The notes under the pieces are model-generated. The model ran no database searches, was not told the DNA's origin, and saw only the letters and a list, made by a program, of their open reading frames with translations. A stretch of 63,927 nt of DNA, counting the filler, from Aduncisulcus paluster (Eukaryota), in the NCBI GenBank assembly GCA_024181965.1. It is 6 parts of 6 records of this genome, joined end to end, with 100 filler letters (N's around TTAATTAATTAA, not from the genome) between each part and the next. Parts side by side here need not be neighbours in the genome. Positions count along the whole stretch, not along the records: positions 41,983 to 53,205 come from BQXS01011011.1; positions 53,306 to 58,492 come from BQXS01011012.1; 4 more parts are not named here. One strand, written 5' to 3'. Within the stretch, counting starts at the first letter, position 1; each line of letters opens with the position of its first letter. Positions 44,901 to 57,611 of this stretch are shown here, piece after piece. Made by a program: the position numbers and the translations under genes.

Positions 44901-47900
44901 GCATTGAATCAGTGTTTGAATCCATCCACTTTCCAATGCCACATTCTTGGCATATCTGGACACACTCTCTCTCGAACCTGGTGACCAATTGTTCTACTTC
45001 ACCTTCAATCAGTGCCATACGATCGACACGACCCTTAAGCTGAGCATTAAGGTGAGTGATGTTTTGAAGACGCTGTTTTAGAATACCAATAGATTTCTTA
45101 ATGACACTGAATCTCTCTTCCATCTCTTTCACAATGGGATCGACATTTAATCCTAAACCTTTGCATTTCTTAGCAGCTTTCAACATACTCCCCAAACGAG
45201 CGCCTCCTTCCCTTTCTCCTTGAGATAATGAGGACAAAAGACTCACAAGCGATGAGGAAAAGGCTGAGATCGAGCGGAATAGATGAACAGTGCGAGAGGC
45301 AGTCGCAGATCGGGAAGGATGGGTCAATAGAGCTGGCGATGAGGCGGGTGACATATCTCCGTATACTTGGAGTTCAGATTCTCCCTGGTCTTTTCCCTTG
45401 GGTTTAGGGGAGAGTGGATCTTCAACGTCTTGTTCTTGTTCGGGAGTTGTCTGTTCATGAGGGTTTAATACAGGTTTCAGTAACATTCCTCGCCAAACTT
45501 CACGGAGAGTCTCATTGCACCATGTGGAAAATGAGGAGAAACTGGATGAGAAAGTCGAGATGGAAGCAGAAGGAGGGGCAAGAACACCGTCGCCTTCACT
45601 AATTCTCTTCTGTTCGACCATCTTGACCCTTGCACTTAATTCTTCACTCACCATCTTCCATGCCTTGCTGAGTAATTGAACAGTTTGGACAGTGTGTTGG
45701 GTTTGTTTTGTTTTCTGTCCTTTCAATTTCTCAGTTTCTTTCTCAAGTGCTTTCACTCTTCCACTCAATCCTTTGAGAGTATGATCCCAAAATGAGAGAG
45801 AGGAAGAGAGAGAGGCAGCTCGTGTATGAGGGGGGATCGATGAAGTAGATGTCTTATGGGAGAGCGTAGAGGCCACACGAGGAAGTGTGAAGGATTTGGC
45901 AATGAAAGTATTAGACATGGATGTTGTAAGAGAAGATCCAGTATTTGGGAGATCACCTGAAGGAACAAGAGACGTATCAGCAGGAACAGAAGAAGAATCC
46001 TTGCCAGCAGCTTCGACAACCTTTCCTAGGAGTTTCTCTTGTAACTTATCTTTCCTTATATCGGCACTGTCCTCTTCACTTCCTTGAGATTCTGAATAGT
46101 AAGAATATGAGTAAGAGGATGAACTTTCCTCGTCTTCTTCATCATCTTCAGCATCTCCCATGTTAATAGTAAACAACATGTCTCCATCAGCCGTCTTACG
46201 CTTACGTTTGTCACGCTTAGCTCGTTTTTCTCTCTCATGTTCTTCTTTCTTCTTCTTCTCCTCCTCTTCTTCTCCAACAAGAGCTCCACATTCACACACA
46301 ACACTGCCAAGAAGAGCACCCAACTTGGCGACATCTTCTTCCATCCGTTGTAAAACACAGTACTCGCTCTCGCCGTCAGCACAGAGAGATACGAGGTTCA
46401 ATATTGACATAGTGAGAGTATCAGCATCGGTCACAACCTGATGGACTCCGTTGATTACATGCTCATCAACGACAGAATTAACTTGAATGTTCCCCATCAC
46501 TGGGGTGCCAGAGTATGATGATAGACTCGTGACAGAGTGAGATAGAGAAGAATTAAGAACTTTCAGAGTTGAACAGTGATCATTAAGAAGTGCAACAGAG
46601 TGGGGGTGTAACTCTTTGGCAACAGCCACACTCGAGGCAAAGTTGAAGGACGAAGAGAAGAAAGGGGAAGATGTTTCAATTCCAGTTGTTGTTTCGTCTG
46701 GGAATAGTTTAACAGATCCCTCACCATCGTCAACGGGACCCAGTTTCCCACATTTCACTTGTCTTGCAAGGTCTTCACATTCGTCCTCCCCTTCTTTAAC
46801 TTTTGCACACACATCAAGCAGCTTTTCTCTCATCTGTTCAGCGTGATGTGTGTGTGAGTGCCACTGAGACATTACAGTGGAGATACTTCCATGGACAATA
46901 GAAGCGAGGGAGAGAGTGTATTGGATCTCTGATACAACAACAGGTAGAGGAATTAATGGGACGTTACAGACACCAACGTGGACATAGACTGATAAAAGAC
47001 ACCGTTTGACAGAGATCAATTGAGTCTGGATCTCAGCACTCTCAACGGTAATATATGTCTGGAGACTCTTCAGGCGGGTCACATCTTGGTTAGTTTCAAC
47101 ACAAATCTCAGATTGTTCGACTTTTTCCCTTAACTGCTTGACTTTTTGCAACAAATGCAGGGACAAAGTATTGTATTTCTCAAGTTCATCCTCTGCAGAA
47201 GTTGAGGATAACAGATTAGAATTCAAATGGGAGGCAAGACGAATACTCTGTTTCCTCATTTCCTCGCTCTCTTCTTCAATCTTCTCAACTTCTCTCTGAA
47301 TAATACTTTCGAGTGTAGATTCTTGCAATATCCATGGTAATTTCCCTCCATCCCCACTCTGAATCATAGAGCCTGATCCAGCACCAGAAATAACACTGCC
47401 ACTCTCATCAACAAGACCTATAGAAACACTACTGATTGCTCCTCCACGTCTGCTTCTTTCACGTAAGTTCTGACGGGTATCAAGATACATGTGAGCCTCA
47501 TAAGCTGCCTTTGAGCACAGAGTATCGCAACGGTGTACTGTGGATGAAAGGAATGAGAGGGAATGTGAGTGGAGAGTGTGGGATCCAGGCAAAGGTCTGG
47601 GTAACAGAGCATTGTTTATGTGTGTTGTATTCTCAAGCGAACTGATATATCCATCTTCCACGGCTGTTTTGAGTGAATTGACAAGGAGATTGTGGGTAGG
47701 GAGAACATCTCCAGTCTCACAGAGGAGAGATGCAGGGGAAGAAATGAGAGGATGAGTGAAACACATAGTTACAGTGCGTCTAATTGAATGTCTCGCTTCT
47801 CTCAGTAATAAGAGGATAGCAATCTCATCCGTCAAGAGTCGAAGAGAGGCATCAACATCAAGAAGGAGTGGGGAAAGTGAAGACAAAAGGGAAATACACT

Positions 47901-49888
47901 TTGAATGGAGAGAATTAATCCTTGAGACACGCTTCTTCCTTGCAGAACGCTCACCCTCAGCCTTCCACATGCCTTCTTCTTTCCTTTCAAGCTTTAATAA
48001 CTCCACACAGATTCCACACACAACGTTCAGGATCATTGGTGAATGTTTGAGTGTGGTTTGGATAGTTTTGGCAACCTCAGGGCTCTTCATGCATGATTGA
48101 ACACCATTCACGGCATTCTCAACCATCTGTGCCATTTTAACCATCATTTTTACATACTCATTACGTTTCTGAATGCATCTATCACGTTCTTCCAACACTT
48201 CCTTCTCACAAGACACAAACACACGAGCGGCGTGAATTAGTTTGTTGACTCCTCCTAGAGTGTGGGCAATATCCGACAGTAGACCAGAGCTCATAGGAGA
48301 CATAGCTGGGGAGAGACTTGAGAGAGCAAGGGAGGAAGTTAAAGAGTTGACAAGTCTTGATGAGAGAGTCGAGAGTTCCTTTGAATGGCTATCGATATCT
48401 TGTTCAAGACGAACAAGTTGAGACATTGACAAAGGATGATTACGCGATACTCCAGACGAGGAAGAAGTTACCGGGAACATCTCAAACTCTTCATCCATCG
48501 CTTCATCGGCTTCAGTATCGTCAAATTCGCCGGCAACACTCTCCGTCTCTCTCTCTAAAGAAAGATGAAGAGAAAGAGGAGAGAGAGGAGGAGACAGAAG
48601 AATGCTGGAGCAAAGTGTAGAGAGGCTTATAAGAGGCGTCGAGGAGAGCCGAAGCCATACTATTGAGATTGAGGAAAGCTGACACAGTAAAGTGATCCTC
48701 AGGTTTACCAGTTGCTTCTTCACTATTCGCAGCAGTGTTGACATCTGAGGAATCGGTGTCTTTTGGTCTAATTTTAGCACCATCATCAATGAGAACATTG
48801 GTTTTGCTTGCAAGGGCTTCAATACGGGTCTCAAGATTCTTCATACGATTCTCAAAAGCTCTAAGTTTAGAATAGAGATTCTTTGGAAGTTGTTCCCTTG
48901 AGAGAGAAGAGAGATCGAACAGGGAGTTGATTTGAGAAAGAATAGAAGACGTTGTAGCGGTCTCATCCTCACGCCTGGCATCAACATCCTTGCCCACACC
49001 TACACATACAGTATCTTGAAGGGCTGAAGACAAGAAGAGTGGATATACGTGTTTGTCATGCTTTGATGATTGCTTAGAATCAGCATCCTTTTCATAAATG
49101 TGAGGAATTGGGAGTAATTGTTCAACGTTAAGGTCAATACCGATAGATTGGAGGGATAGATCATCACGAATTGAGAGCAATAAAGAACGAACGTCGTGTC
49201 CTTCTTCAACATTGATACTCTTAAGATCACGCATATCAGCCTCTTCGCTAGATTCTTCATCTGCGAGTGGGCCATTAGTTGGAACCATACCACGAACACG
49301 AAGAGCATCTATGGTCTTGGTAAGTTCATCATTAGCAGCATCCACACTCGTTCTGGGGGTTCCTTCAGTTGATTCTTTGCGGCCTTGGGGATTAATTTGG
49401 GAGTCGGAGGCAGAAACATGAGTGTTGTTCGCAGTCTCAGATAACATCATGGAAGAGAATACATCATTTTCACTCAGCTCATCCTCATTCTGGTCATCTT
49501 CAAATACTTTCTCAGCCTCAAGCTCAGCCTCTCCTTTTCTTCTTTGACCCCTCTGCTTTTTCTTCTCTTCCATTCGGTGAACACACATAAGCAACATCCT
49601 GACACGAGTACACATCAGGCGAAGATGAGAGAATATCGTTACGGCAGCACTCAATGAGGGCAGAGGAGAAGCAGAAGTGAAGAATTTGCTAACAGCTGAC
49701 TCAAAGGGGACTGCAGGAGTAGAGGAAGAGTCAGATTTCTTGCCGGGTTTCTTTGATATAGTAGGTTCCATGAGCATGACTTTCTTGACGTGTTGAGAGG
49801 CTTCATTATCATATAAGAGAGAGGAGGATGAAGGCAAAGACACAGATCGAGATGAAGAAGATAGTTCAACATCAGAGGAACCATTTTG

Positions 49889-49919
<31 letters not shown>

Positions 49920-52900
49920 TCCTCTTCTTCATCAGTGTATTCGTCAGAGTCGTCACTTTGCTTATCAACACTGTGTACTTCACGAGCAATGGTGGCGGAA
50001 GGAGGCATTTCAAGGGTGTATTGTGGACTAGGCTCCTGACTGAGTCCTTCTTTCTCTTCCTTGTCGGATGTATGATCCTTGTCCTCTCTTTCGACTTGTT
50101 CTCTGCTATCAGATGATAAATAGTCACTTCTGTTATCACCCTTGGGCTTAACAGATCCGTCTAGACCTGCTCCAACAACATGAATGATGGCACCTCTCAA
50201 TTGTTCGAGGTTATCAGATAAATCTCTAACGCTGCTCTCACAAAACGATACACAATCGTCACATTCCTGCTGCATTTTATCGACATTTACACAGAGTTTC
50301 TCACACACACAACAGCATGCACAGATACAGATATCCTCGTCCACCTCAGTCGTAGTATCAAGCGGACGCACGGAGAGGACATCGGCAAGGGAGGAACGGA
50401 ACTCACGCCAGGACTCGAGCAAGGAGGTGTGAGCTTTCACAGGGTCAGGGAAAGTGCACATTGAAGGGTTGAGGTCCTCCCCATCTTCGTCACTGTTCCT
50501 AACTGCACAAGGACCATACATCTCCTTGCACTCATCCAACAGCTTTGACAGGGCTTCAGTATAGACGAGATAAGGAGACATATCACTCATTTCTCTGGCG
50601 ATTCCTTCAACACTCTCAATGTGAAGCTCTACATCGGCCTGAGTCTTATTCCCACTGAGTAAGATCTTGTCATTTTCAATGTTGAGTCTGTTCAATTTCA
50701 TTCTCGATTCCTTGAGCCACTCCTCTAGCATAACCATGTTCTCTCCAAACCTATCAGCACGGTGCATATTCATATACCTGGCGGCGGCACTGACTTGGAG
50801 AGTACGCAATGTTTTGGAGGCTTCAACACTGCACACGTCAAGGAGCTTTAATGAGGTCATAAGCTTAGCTGCGATGGCCTGGACTGTTGGCGGAGGAATG
50901 GAGTGAATAGTCAATACAGCAAGAGCATTCACAGCATCTTCATGGAGAACATTACCTTGTGGCAAAGAATCGATGAGCTGAATGATCTCTTCAAGAGCAG
51001 ACGACACTGACGAGAGAGTGGTGTTTGAGGGTTGAGAAAAGAGTGGAGGGATAGGGGTGTATCCAAATGAATTGAACATAGCATCACTTGTCTCTTCCTC
51101 TTCCTCTTCTCCATCAGGACCTGTGGATACAGAGGAAGGCTTCACAGAGGAAGACTTCACAGAGGAAGACTTCACAGAGGAAGACTTCACAGAGGAAGAC
51201 TTCACAGAGGGATTAAATGAAGGGAGAGAGAGGGGAGGAACGGCTTGGTTACTTACAATGGATGTGCTATCGAATCCAGGGAGTTTGGCAATGTCCGGGA
51301 GAAGCATTGAGGGAGATTTAACTGGAACATCAATGGGAAAACAACCACTCTTCTTGATGGTATTAATTTGTTCAAGCCAACCACTAACCATTGCTGAGAA
51401 TCTCTCAACTGTACTCTCAGCCTCTTTGACAATGTCTTCAGCCTTTCCAGCCCTCTCTTTCTGCTTCTCAAGATACGGTTTGATCGACTCAACAAGACGC
51501 TCAATCAATCTCTGACGGAACTGGAGAGTGTTTGTGTTGATGGGGACAGTCTGGCCTCTTGAATTTAAGAAGGATTCAAGCTTGCATAAACTCTCAAGGG
51601 CAGCAACATTCTCATCCCGACTCTTATCGAGTTTCTTAGCAAGGATCTCAAGTCTGTTGACCCTCATTTCATCGATGGAATAATACGATTCATACATTCC
51701 TTCACCTTTCTTGTCGTCTTGGAGACCAACAGACTGCACAAGGATGAACTCATTAAGTTGGTCTGTGAGAGTATCAGCAAGTGTACCAGCTAACTCGACA
51801 TAATTCTCAAGAACTAAATTTAGAGCCGATGTAACAGTTTCTTCGGCCAATTCTCCGTCACGACGAACGACGGCCTCACGTAGAGAAGTGAATGTTTCAG
51901 TAATATCTGAGAACGATGGAATCGAATAGTTTGAAGGATATATTCCACGTTTGGCCAAAGACATTGCAATATACTCCATGTAATCGAGACATTGCTGTTG
52001 ATTCTCTTGTGCATTCAGCAACACGCCTACAACCTCACTCTGGACAAGAGGGGAGATATCAGGGTCAGACAGAGAGACGAGAGAACCTTCAGCCACACTA
52101 CACAGAGAGTTGGAGTACATTCCATACACGACAATGCTTGTGTTTGTCTTCACCAGAGAATGGAGAGATGTGGTGAATGATCCAACGACGCCCTCAACGC
52201 CAATCTTAATAATCTCCCACTCCTTCCGAATGGTACAAATATCGAGAGGAGAGAGGGAAGGTGGGAGGTGATGTAGAGATGTAAATGAACTAAATTGATT
52301 CCGAACAGCCTCAAGTTGCTCCTCCTTGGACATGTTGAGAAGGACAACTATCTCATCCCTCTTCACTCCAACTCCTTCAACAAGACGGAGAACTCCATGC
52401 CATAGCACTTTGTATACGAACATATCTTTACACACGAGTAAAACAACCTTCTCAATGCTCATCAGAGTCTGAATTTCCTTGATCGGCATCGTAGAAATGT
52501 CTTGACTCAAGAAAGTGCGTACAGTAGACTGGAATTGCTTGACCATGAGAACCATTTCATCGATCAGAGAGTTTATCACACTCTTACTGACACAACCGCA
52601 GCAACAGGCACAGACTCTTCCCCAAACAGTGGAAGATAAGGAGGCAACTTTTGAGGAGAGGGAGAGAAGAGTGTCAGGGGATGGGACAGACTCGTCACGG
52701 AAGGAAGACACGGAAAACTCAGGGGAAGTCTCCTCTGTGGGGTTGGGAGTAGCTCCAGTGCGACGTTTCATCACAGCATCACCATTCCTCACAAGCTGCC
52801 TATGGGCCTGGCGAACAACACTATCTTTCGAGAGGGCTTCAAGGAGAGCAAGACGATCCTTTGGGTTCAAGATAAAAGTTAGGGAGAAGAATGAAGCAAC

Positions 52901-53205
52901 TACCTGACGGACAATCTTGGTTGGGAAGAAAGGAAGGGAATTGAAGAGGGAAGAAGAGAAGGAAGGAGGAGACGTGAGTCTGGATGCAAGTTCATCCTCT
53001 TCTTTCTTGTGTTTCTCTTCGACATCTCTACTTTTGCCCACAACAATGCCTTCATCCTCTCCGCGTTGCCGTTCTTCATGCTCAACATCATATATTCCTG
53101 CCTGAGGGTTGCAGAGGAGAAGAAGTGGTAAAAGTCTCAGGTAGCGCTCAGATAACTCTTCGCCATGGCTTTTGAATTTCTTTTTCTTGGGGACATCTCC
53201 TCCTT
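41983..53205 (-). CDS. Giant (>3700 aa) helical, spectrin-repeat-like protein, truncated at both contig ends and split by a frameshift near 48550
   Basis: ORFs 48521-53041 and 41935-48834 overlap in different frames, and the upstream frame is open to the spacer at 53205. Recurrent L.EWL.E-like motifs: MLEEWLKES, VSGWLEQI, FSTWCNET, VSEWAGEM. Confidence 0.75.
51129..51210 (-). repeat. 15-bp tandem repeat (~5 copies) encoding SSVK(S/P)
   Basis: (acagaggaagacttc)n on the + strand; protein SVKSSSVKSSSVKSSSVKPSSV. Confidence 0.9.
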
Positions 53206-53305
53206 NNNNNNNNNNNNNNNNNNNNNNNNNNNNNNNNNNNNNNNNNNNNTTAATTAATTAANNNNNNNNNNNNNNNNNNNNNNNNNNNNNNNNNNNNNNN
53301 NNNNN
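53206..53305. other. Artificial contig-joining spacer
   Basis: N44-TTAATTAATTAA-N44. Confidence 0.97.
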
Positions 53306-53952
53306 TTACTTCACTCATTCACAATATCCCTATCTGCTATTTTTAAATCTACTCTATCTGGAGTTTCTCAACATTCTATTAATAGTCACAATGTCAATGC
53401 TTCTTCATCAGGTCCCTTCTTGAGCAAATCGACATCTCTCGCCTCGTTTTCATCAGGACCTCTTCTGCCTTCTTCCTCTTCCCTATCTTCACGGAGATCA
53501 GAGAGAATGTTGAGTGGCGATTCAGAAACTTCCTCCTCCTTCTCTTCCTCTCCCTCTCCCTCTTCCTCTTCCTCTTCCTCTTCATCAAACCCTGGACTTA
53601 TGGATAATGGTAATGGAATAAGATCTCCTTCCATGGAAAGTGCACCTCCGTTTGCTCTTGGACTTGTCCAGTCACTCCCAGACTCTCTCTCTCTTGCCTT
53701 TTCATTATTACTTCACTCATTCACAATATCCCTATCTGCTATTTTTAAATCTACTCTATCTGGAGTTTCTCAACATTCTATTAATAGTCACAATGTCAAT
53801 GCTTCTTCATCAGGTCCCTTCTTGAGCAAATCGACATCTCTCGCCTCGTTTTCATCAGGACCTCTTCTGCCTTCTTCCTCTTCCCTATCTTCACGGAGAT
53901 CAGAGAGAATGTTGAGTGGCGATTCAGAAACTTCCTCCTCCTTCTCTTCCTC
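53306..53952 (+). repeat. In-frame direct repeat with a 402-bp period (53306-53550 = 53708-53952)
   Basis: A 245-bp block appears identical in both copies; the offset of 402 equals 134 codons. Confidence 0.9.
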
Positions 53953-56431
53953 CTCTTACTCCTCTTCCGAGTATCTTCGTTCTCAAGCATCTGACTTTGG
54001 AACCCCCCATATCATATTGTCCCAAAAGTTCATGGAAGGTTGTTCCTCGGCCGTTAAAACATGCATCATTGCCAAACAAGCCTATCTAAAACGTTCCAAG
54101 GGAAAAGAATGGAAAGATAATAAGACCACGTCCGACGGAGATGACTCTGTGACTTCTGACATTACCCAACATCCCACTGACAAGTCCACACTTTTATCCA
54201 CGATTGTGCATTTCTTTAGTGTTGTCAGTGCCGTTCCTATGTATAAATCCATGATTGAAAGCATCGATATTATTGAACTTCTCCTTGCTACGATAGGGGT
54301 CTTTTCGTCGCATTCCAAACTCCTTAAATATTCCTTAGGTGTATTCATAAATCTTAGTAATAATAGCAAAAATAACAAGAGATTACTCTCCTCTGAGACG
54401 TCAATGGATATTTTGATACATAACTGCCTTCTATCTCCCATTCCTTCTATTTCTTCGCTCTCTTTACGAGTCTTATGCAACTTGTCTCTTGACGATGGAG
54501 TCAGGATCAGCCTTTGTAAAATGGGGGCACATCTCTGGATGGAGAAACTTATCGAAAGAGTTGTCATCAGTGATGAATTCAAAGGCCTTATGACATCTTC
54601 TGGCTCTGGAGATCACGGTGACGCTGGAAGTGCTGGGACTGAAGAGACCACATCGGAAAGGTATGATTCAGTTCGATCTGCCTTGGGAACTCCTAGACAT
54701 GTGACTGGACGAATGAGGAGTCTCAGATTGGGTGTAGGGGAACAAAGCAACATTGAGGATAAGATTGCTGCACTGAAAACCGTATCAATTCCCGGTATGA
54801 CTCCTTCCTTATTCGATTATTTGGATGTTCTTAAGTTCTCGTTAAGACTGCTTTCTGTCCTTGTCCAGCCCGCTCTCACCCAGAATGACACCAAAAACAC
54901 CCTTGTGTTCCCTTGTCCAGTAATGTTTTCCACTATCGAGAGTGTATCTAAATGTTTATTCTCTTTGCCGCTTGATCTCTTGTACAACGATATCATCGTC
55001 GAGTGTTTCAGATGCCTGTGTGTGATCACAACTATTAATTCGGCCCAGACAATGAAAATAAGCCCTGCCACGGTCGTTGCTTATGGAATTGCTTCTCCTC
55101 ACTCCATTATTCCACCTCCTTCAGATGAAGCAGTCCTAGAACACCAATTATCACAAGAATGCATGTCCAAACTACTTCGGGATGCAAGCGAAATCCGTTT
55201 CATTCCACAAACAGGGTTTGGGGTTCGAGTTCGACCATTACCTATTCCTCTTAGTGATTCTCTCGCCACTGTGTATTTCGATATCATCAATTCATCTGGT
55301 AACAGGAAACGAATTAGTGAGTTTGTGTATATGTTTGTGTACAAAACTGTGGTTGAACTTGCTGGAACTGTTCACAAGAAAGACACGGATAAACAACGGA
55401 TTAACTCAGATTATCATCCCAAGAGAGAAAGAGCGCAAAGATCCAAGAGTTCCCCAGGAAATGGGGCCTTTGAGATATTTATTGACGACCCTGAGATTGA
55501 ACAGAGTATATCTTCAGGCCTTGAGGCTCTTCCTTTCTTCCTTTTACTCTGGCTTGATATCATCACATCTCACCCAAAAGTCTGTTCAACCCTTAGTGGT
55601 TTACTCAGCCCTCTTTCCTCCTCTCTGCTCTCCCTCGTATCTCTTATATCCCACTCCACAGTGTCTCAGTCGATGGGATCGGCTTCTATTGCAGCTCTTG
55701 GTACTCGTGAGGTCATTGTACAGGAATCTATTAGAAAATTACTCACTTTGACAACGGATAATACAATAATAATTACAAGGTTGTGTAACGCTTGCCCTGA
55801 ACAAGTTGCACAACTCAGCAGTGGACCCAAACCAATTCTTTTCCAGGCTATGCAACTGATTCTTGATAATTCAGCCAATTTCTTTGCCAAGCTGTTCCCT
55901 GTATTTGCTTCAAACTTATCATTTGAATCCTTCCGAGTATTCCTGGCCCTCCCAGCACTCTTTGCCTACACGTTCACTTTCATTCTGAGAGCTGGGGGCA
56001 CCTCCATCTCAACAAAACATATTGTTGACAAACTCTCTCTTATCCTTTCTCTCTCTCTGACTGCTTTGGGCGACGTTTCACAAGGCGAGCACAGTGCTGA
56101 TCGAATCCAAGGAATCTCTGTCATTTTCCAAAGTGCGTATAGTTCTCTCTCCACTCTATCTCTTTGTACTGCAGGTGGAGAGAAAGTTGAGAGACAGCAT
56201 CTTGTTCTGGCATCATTGAGCACTGATCCTATTCTTAGATTGTTCGGTGTGAGAGCCCTTGTTTCTGGGAAGTGGTCCCAATCTGAAAGAGTCAGTATTA
56301 ATAGTTCTCTAAAGAACTTTCCAATGTACTCTTCTTCCACTTCTTTCAAAAGACACATGAAATCTGTCGTCACAGCTGCAGCTTCCTTGGCAGGGCTATG
56401 GGTAAAACAATGGAAAGAAGACATGAAATAG
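53306..56431 (+). CDS. Armadillo-repeat-like protein, 5'-truncated at the contig start
   Basis: Frame open from 53306; ARM-like YSLGVFINLSNNSKNNKRLL and SLRVLCNLSLDDGVRISLCKMG. Confidence 0.75.
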   Translation, partial: LLHSFTISLSAIFKSTLSGVSQHSINSHNVNASSSGPFLSKSTSLASFSSGPLLPSSSSLSSRRSERMLSGDSETSSSFSSSPSPSSSSSSSSSNPGLMDNGNGIRSPSMESAPPFALGLVQSLPDSLSLAFSLLLHSFTISLSAIFKSTLSGVSQHSINSHNVNASSSGPFLSKSTSLASFSSGPLLPSSSSLSSRRSERMLSGDSETSSSFSSSSYSSSEYLRSQASDFGTPHIILSQKFMEGCSSAVKTCIIAKQAYLKRSKGKEWKDNKTTSDGDDSVTSDITQHPTDKSTLLSTIVHFFSVVSAVPMYKSMIESIDIIELLLATIGVFSSHSKLLKYSLGVFINLSNNSKNNKRLLSSETSMDILIHNCLLSPIPSISSLSLRVLCNLSLDDGVRISLCKMGAHLWMEKLIERVVISDEFKGLMTSSGSGDHGDAGSAGTEETTSERYDSVRSALGTPRHVTGRMRSLRLGVGEQSNIEDKIAALKTVSIPGMTPSLFDYLDVLKFSLRLLSVLVQPALTQNDTKNTLVFPCPVMFSTIESVSKCLFSLPLDLLYNDIIVECFRCLCVITTINSAQTMKISPATVVAYGIASPHSIIPPPSDEAVLEHQLSQECMSKLLRDASEIRFIPQTGFGVRVRPLPIPLSDSLATVYFDIINSSGNRKRISEFVYMFVYKTVVELAGTVHKKDTDKQRINSDYHPKRERAQRSKSSPGNGAFEIFIDDPEIEQSISSGLEALPFFLLLWLDIITSHPKVCSTLSGLLSPLSSSLLSLVSLISHSTVSQSMGSASIAALGTREVIVQESIRKLLTLTTDNTIIITRLCNACPEQVAQLSSGPKPILFQAMQLILDNSANFFAKLFPVFASNLSFESFRVFLALPALFAYTFTFILRAGGTSISTKHIVDKLSLILSLSLTALGDVSQGEHSADRIQGISVIFQSAYSSLSTLSLCTAGGEKVERQHLVLASLSTDPILRLFGVRALVSGKWSQSERVSINSSLKNFPMYSSSTSFKRHMKSVVTAAASLAGLWVKQWKEDMK

Positions 56432-56810
56432 ATCGGGTTTACTCTATCAATATCATAAACATTGATACCGATTATATGGCGAGGTAATTCAACAAACATG
56501 AATCAAACATAGAAACCATGTTAGATCTATATTGTAGTGATAAATCAACTTAATTGTTGAAGAGGGTCTTATTCTTTCGGTAAGATAAAGCTTTATCTTG
56601 GTTAACTGACTCAAAGCCTTTTGAATGTGAAGGTTTGAAAATGCATTACCTTGTATGTATATACAATTCAATAAACAAGGAGTTTCTCACCTCCAAAAAT
56701 AGAAATAAGCTCCCTCAAGGAAGAAATTTAAGGATATTTTTGGGAGTATCTTTGTCGGTTCTTCATTGAGAAGGAAAAAAAAGATAAAAACGAAACTTAT
56801 TTTTCAATTT

Positions 56811-57611
56811 TTAGACTTCAATGATATCTTTAGAATCCTTTTCAGGAGTTTCGGCCTCCAAAAGGTTATCATTCTCACATTGACAAGCAGGGTCGACTGG
56901 TTCAGGTTCAGTTCCATACATGCAGAATTGGATGATCAAAAGAGTGTCGTAAACGAAGGGAACGAGAGAAAGACAGAATTTTGGAATGTTACCGAACATT
57001 GGAGAAGTTGAGTGGGCATCAACGCAATCTAAGACCATTTGAACGAATTGAGTGATGGATCCACCAAGATCAAGCATAATATTAGAAATAGCAAAACCAT
57101 AAGTGGTCTTACGACGGTAATTTAAGATAGCTTGGGGGATATATTTGGTGATTGTAACAATAATTTTAATAAATCCAAGAATTTGCAAAGGAATATCGTA
57201 AGAAAACCCTCCAATAGCTGCAATAATAAAAGATACGACAACGACGGCGATGGAAACAAAAATGAAGATCCAATCGCGTTGTGGGATCTTTGGCCTAGCC
57301 TTGCCTGAACAGCGACAATAATAGAAAAATTGCACCTGTGTAATAACAGTAAGGATCACAGCATTAAGAGCAAATGCAACATCATTCCAATGAACAACGA
57401 TAGAAACATTAAGAGCTCCAGATATGACAAGACTATTATACAAGAGATAACAGGAGAAACCCAGTGTATTTAAAGTATTAAATTCCAGAGAAAATCCTTC
57501 GACGGCTTTATGCATACAGTTTTTAATTGGCTGTGGATAGAAACTCACAGACCACATAAAAAACGCTATCCAACCAAAGACAGCACTCCATTTCTCAATA
57601 GTATCCTTCAT
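56811..57611 (-). CDS. CTNS: Cystinosin/ERS1-family PQ-loop lysosomal cystine transporter
   Basis: GWIAFFMWSVSFYPQ, VHWNDVAFALNAV, KYIPQAILNYRRKTTYGFAISNIMLDLGGS and GNIPKFCLS; 7-TM pattern. Confidence 0.9.
   Translation of the reverse strand: MKDTIEKWSAVFGWIAFFMWSVSFYPQPIKNCMHKAVEGFSLEFNTLNTLGFSCYLLYNSLVISGALNVSIVVHWNDVAFALNAVILTVITQVQFFYYCRCSGKARPKIPQRDWIFIFVSIAVVVVSFIIAAIGGFSYDIPLQILGFIKIIVTITKYIPQAILNYRRKTTYGFAISNIMLDLGGSITQFVQMVLDCVDAHSTSPMFGNIPKFCLSLVPFVYDTLLIIQFCMYGTEPEPVDPACQCENDNLLEAETPEKDSKDIIEV

Noticed and set aside
51129..51210. CRISPR-like regular repeat
   Set aside because: A spacer-less 15-bp in-frame coding tandem repeat in a eukaryotic gene.
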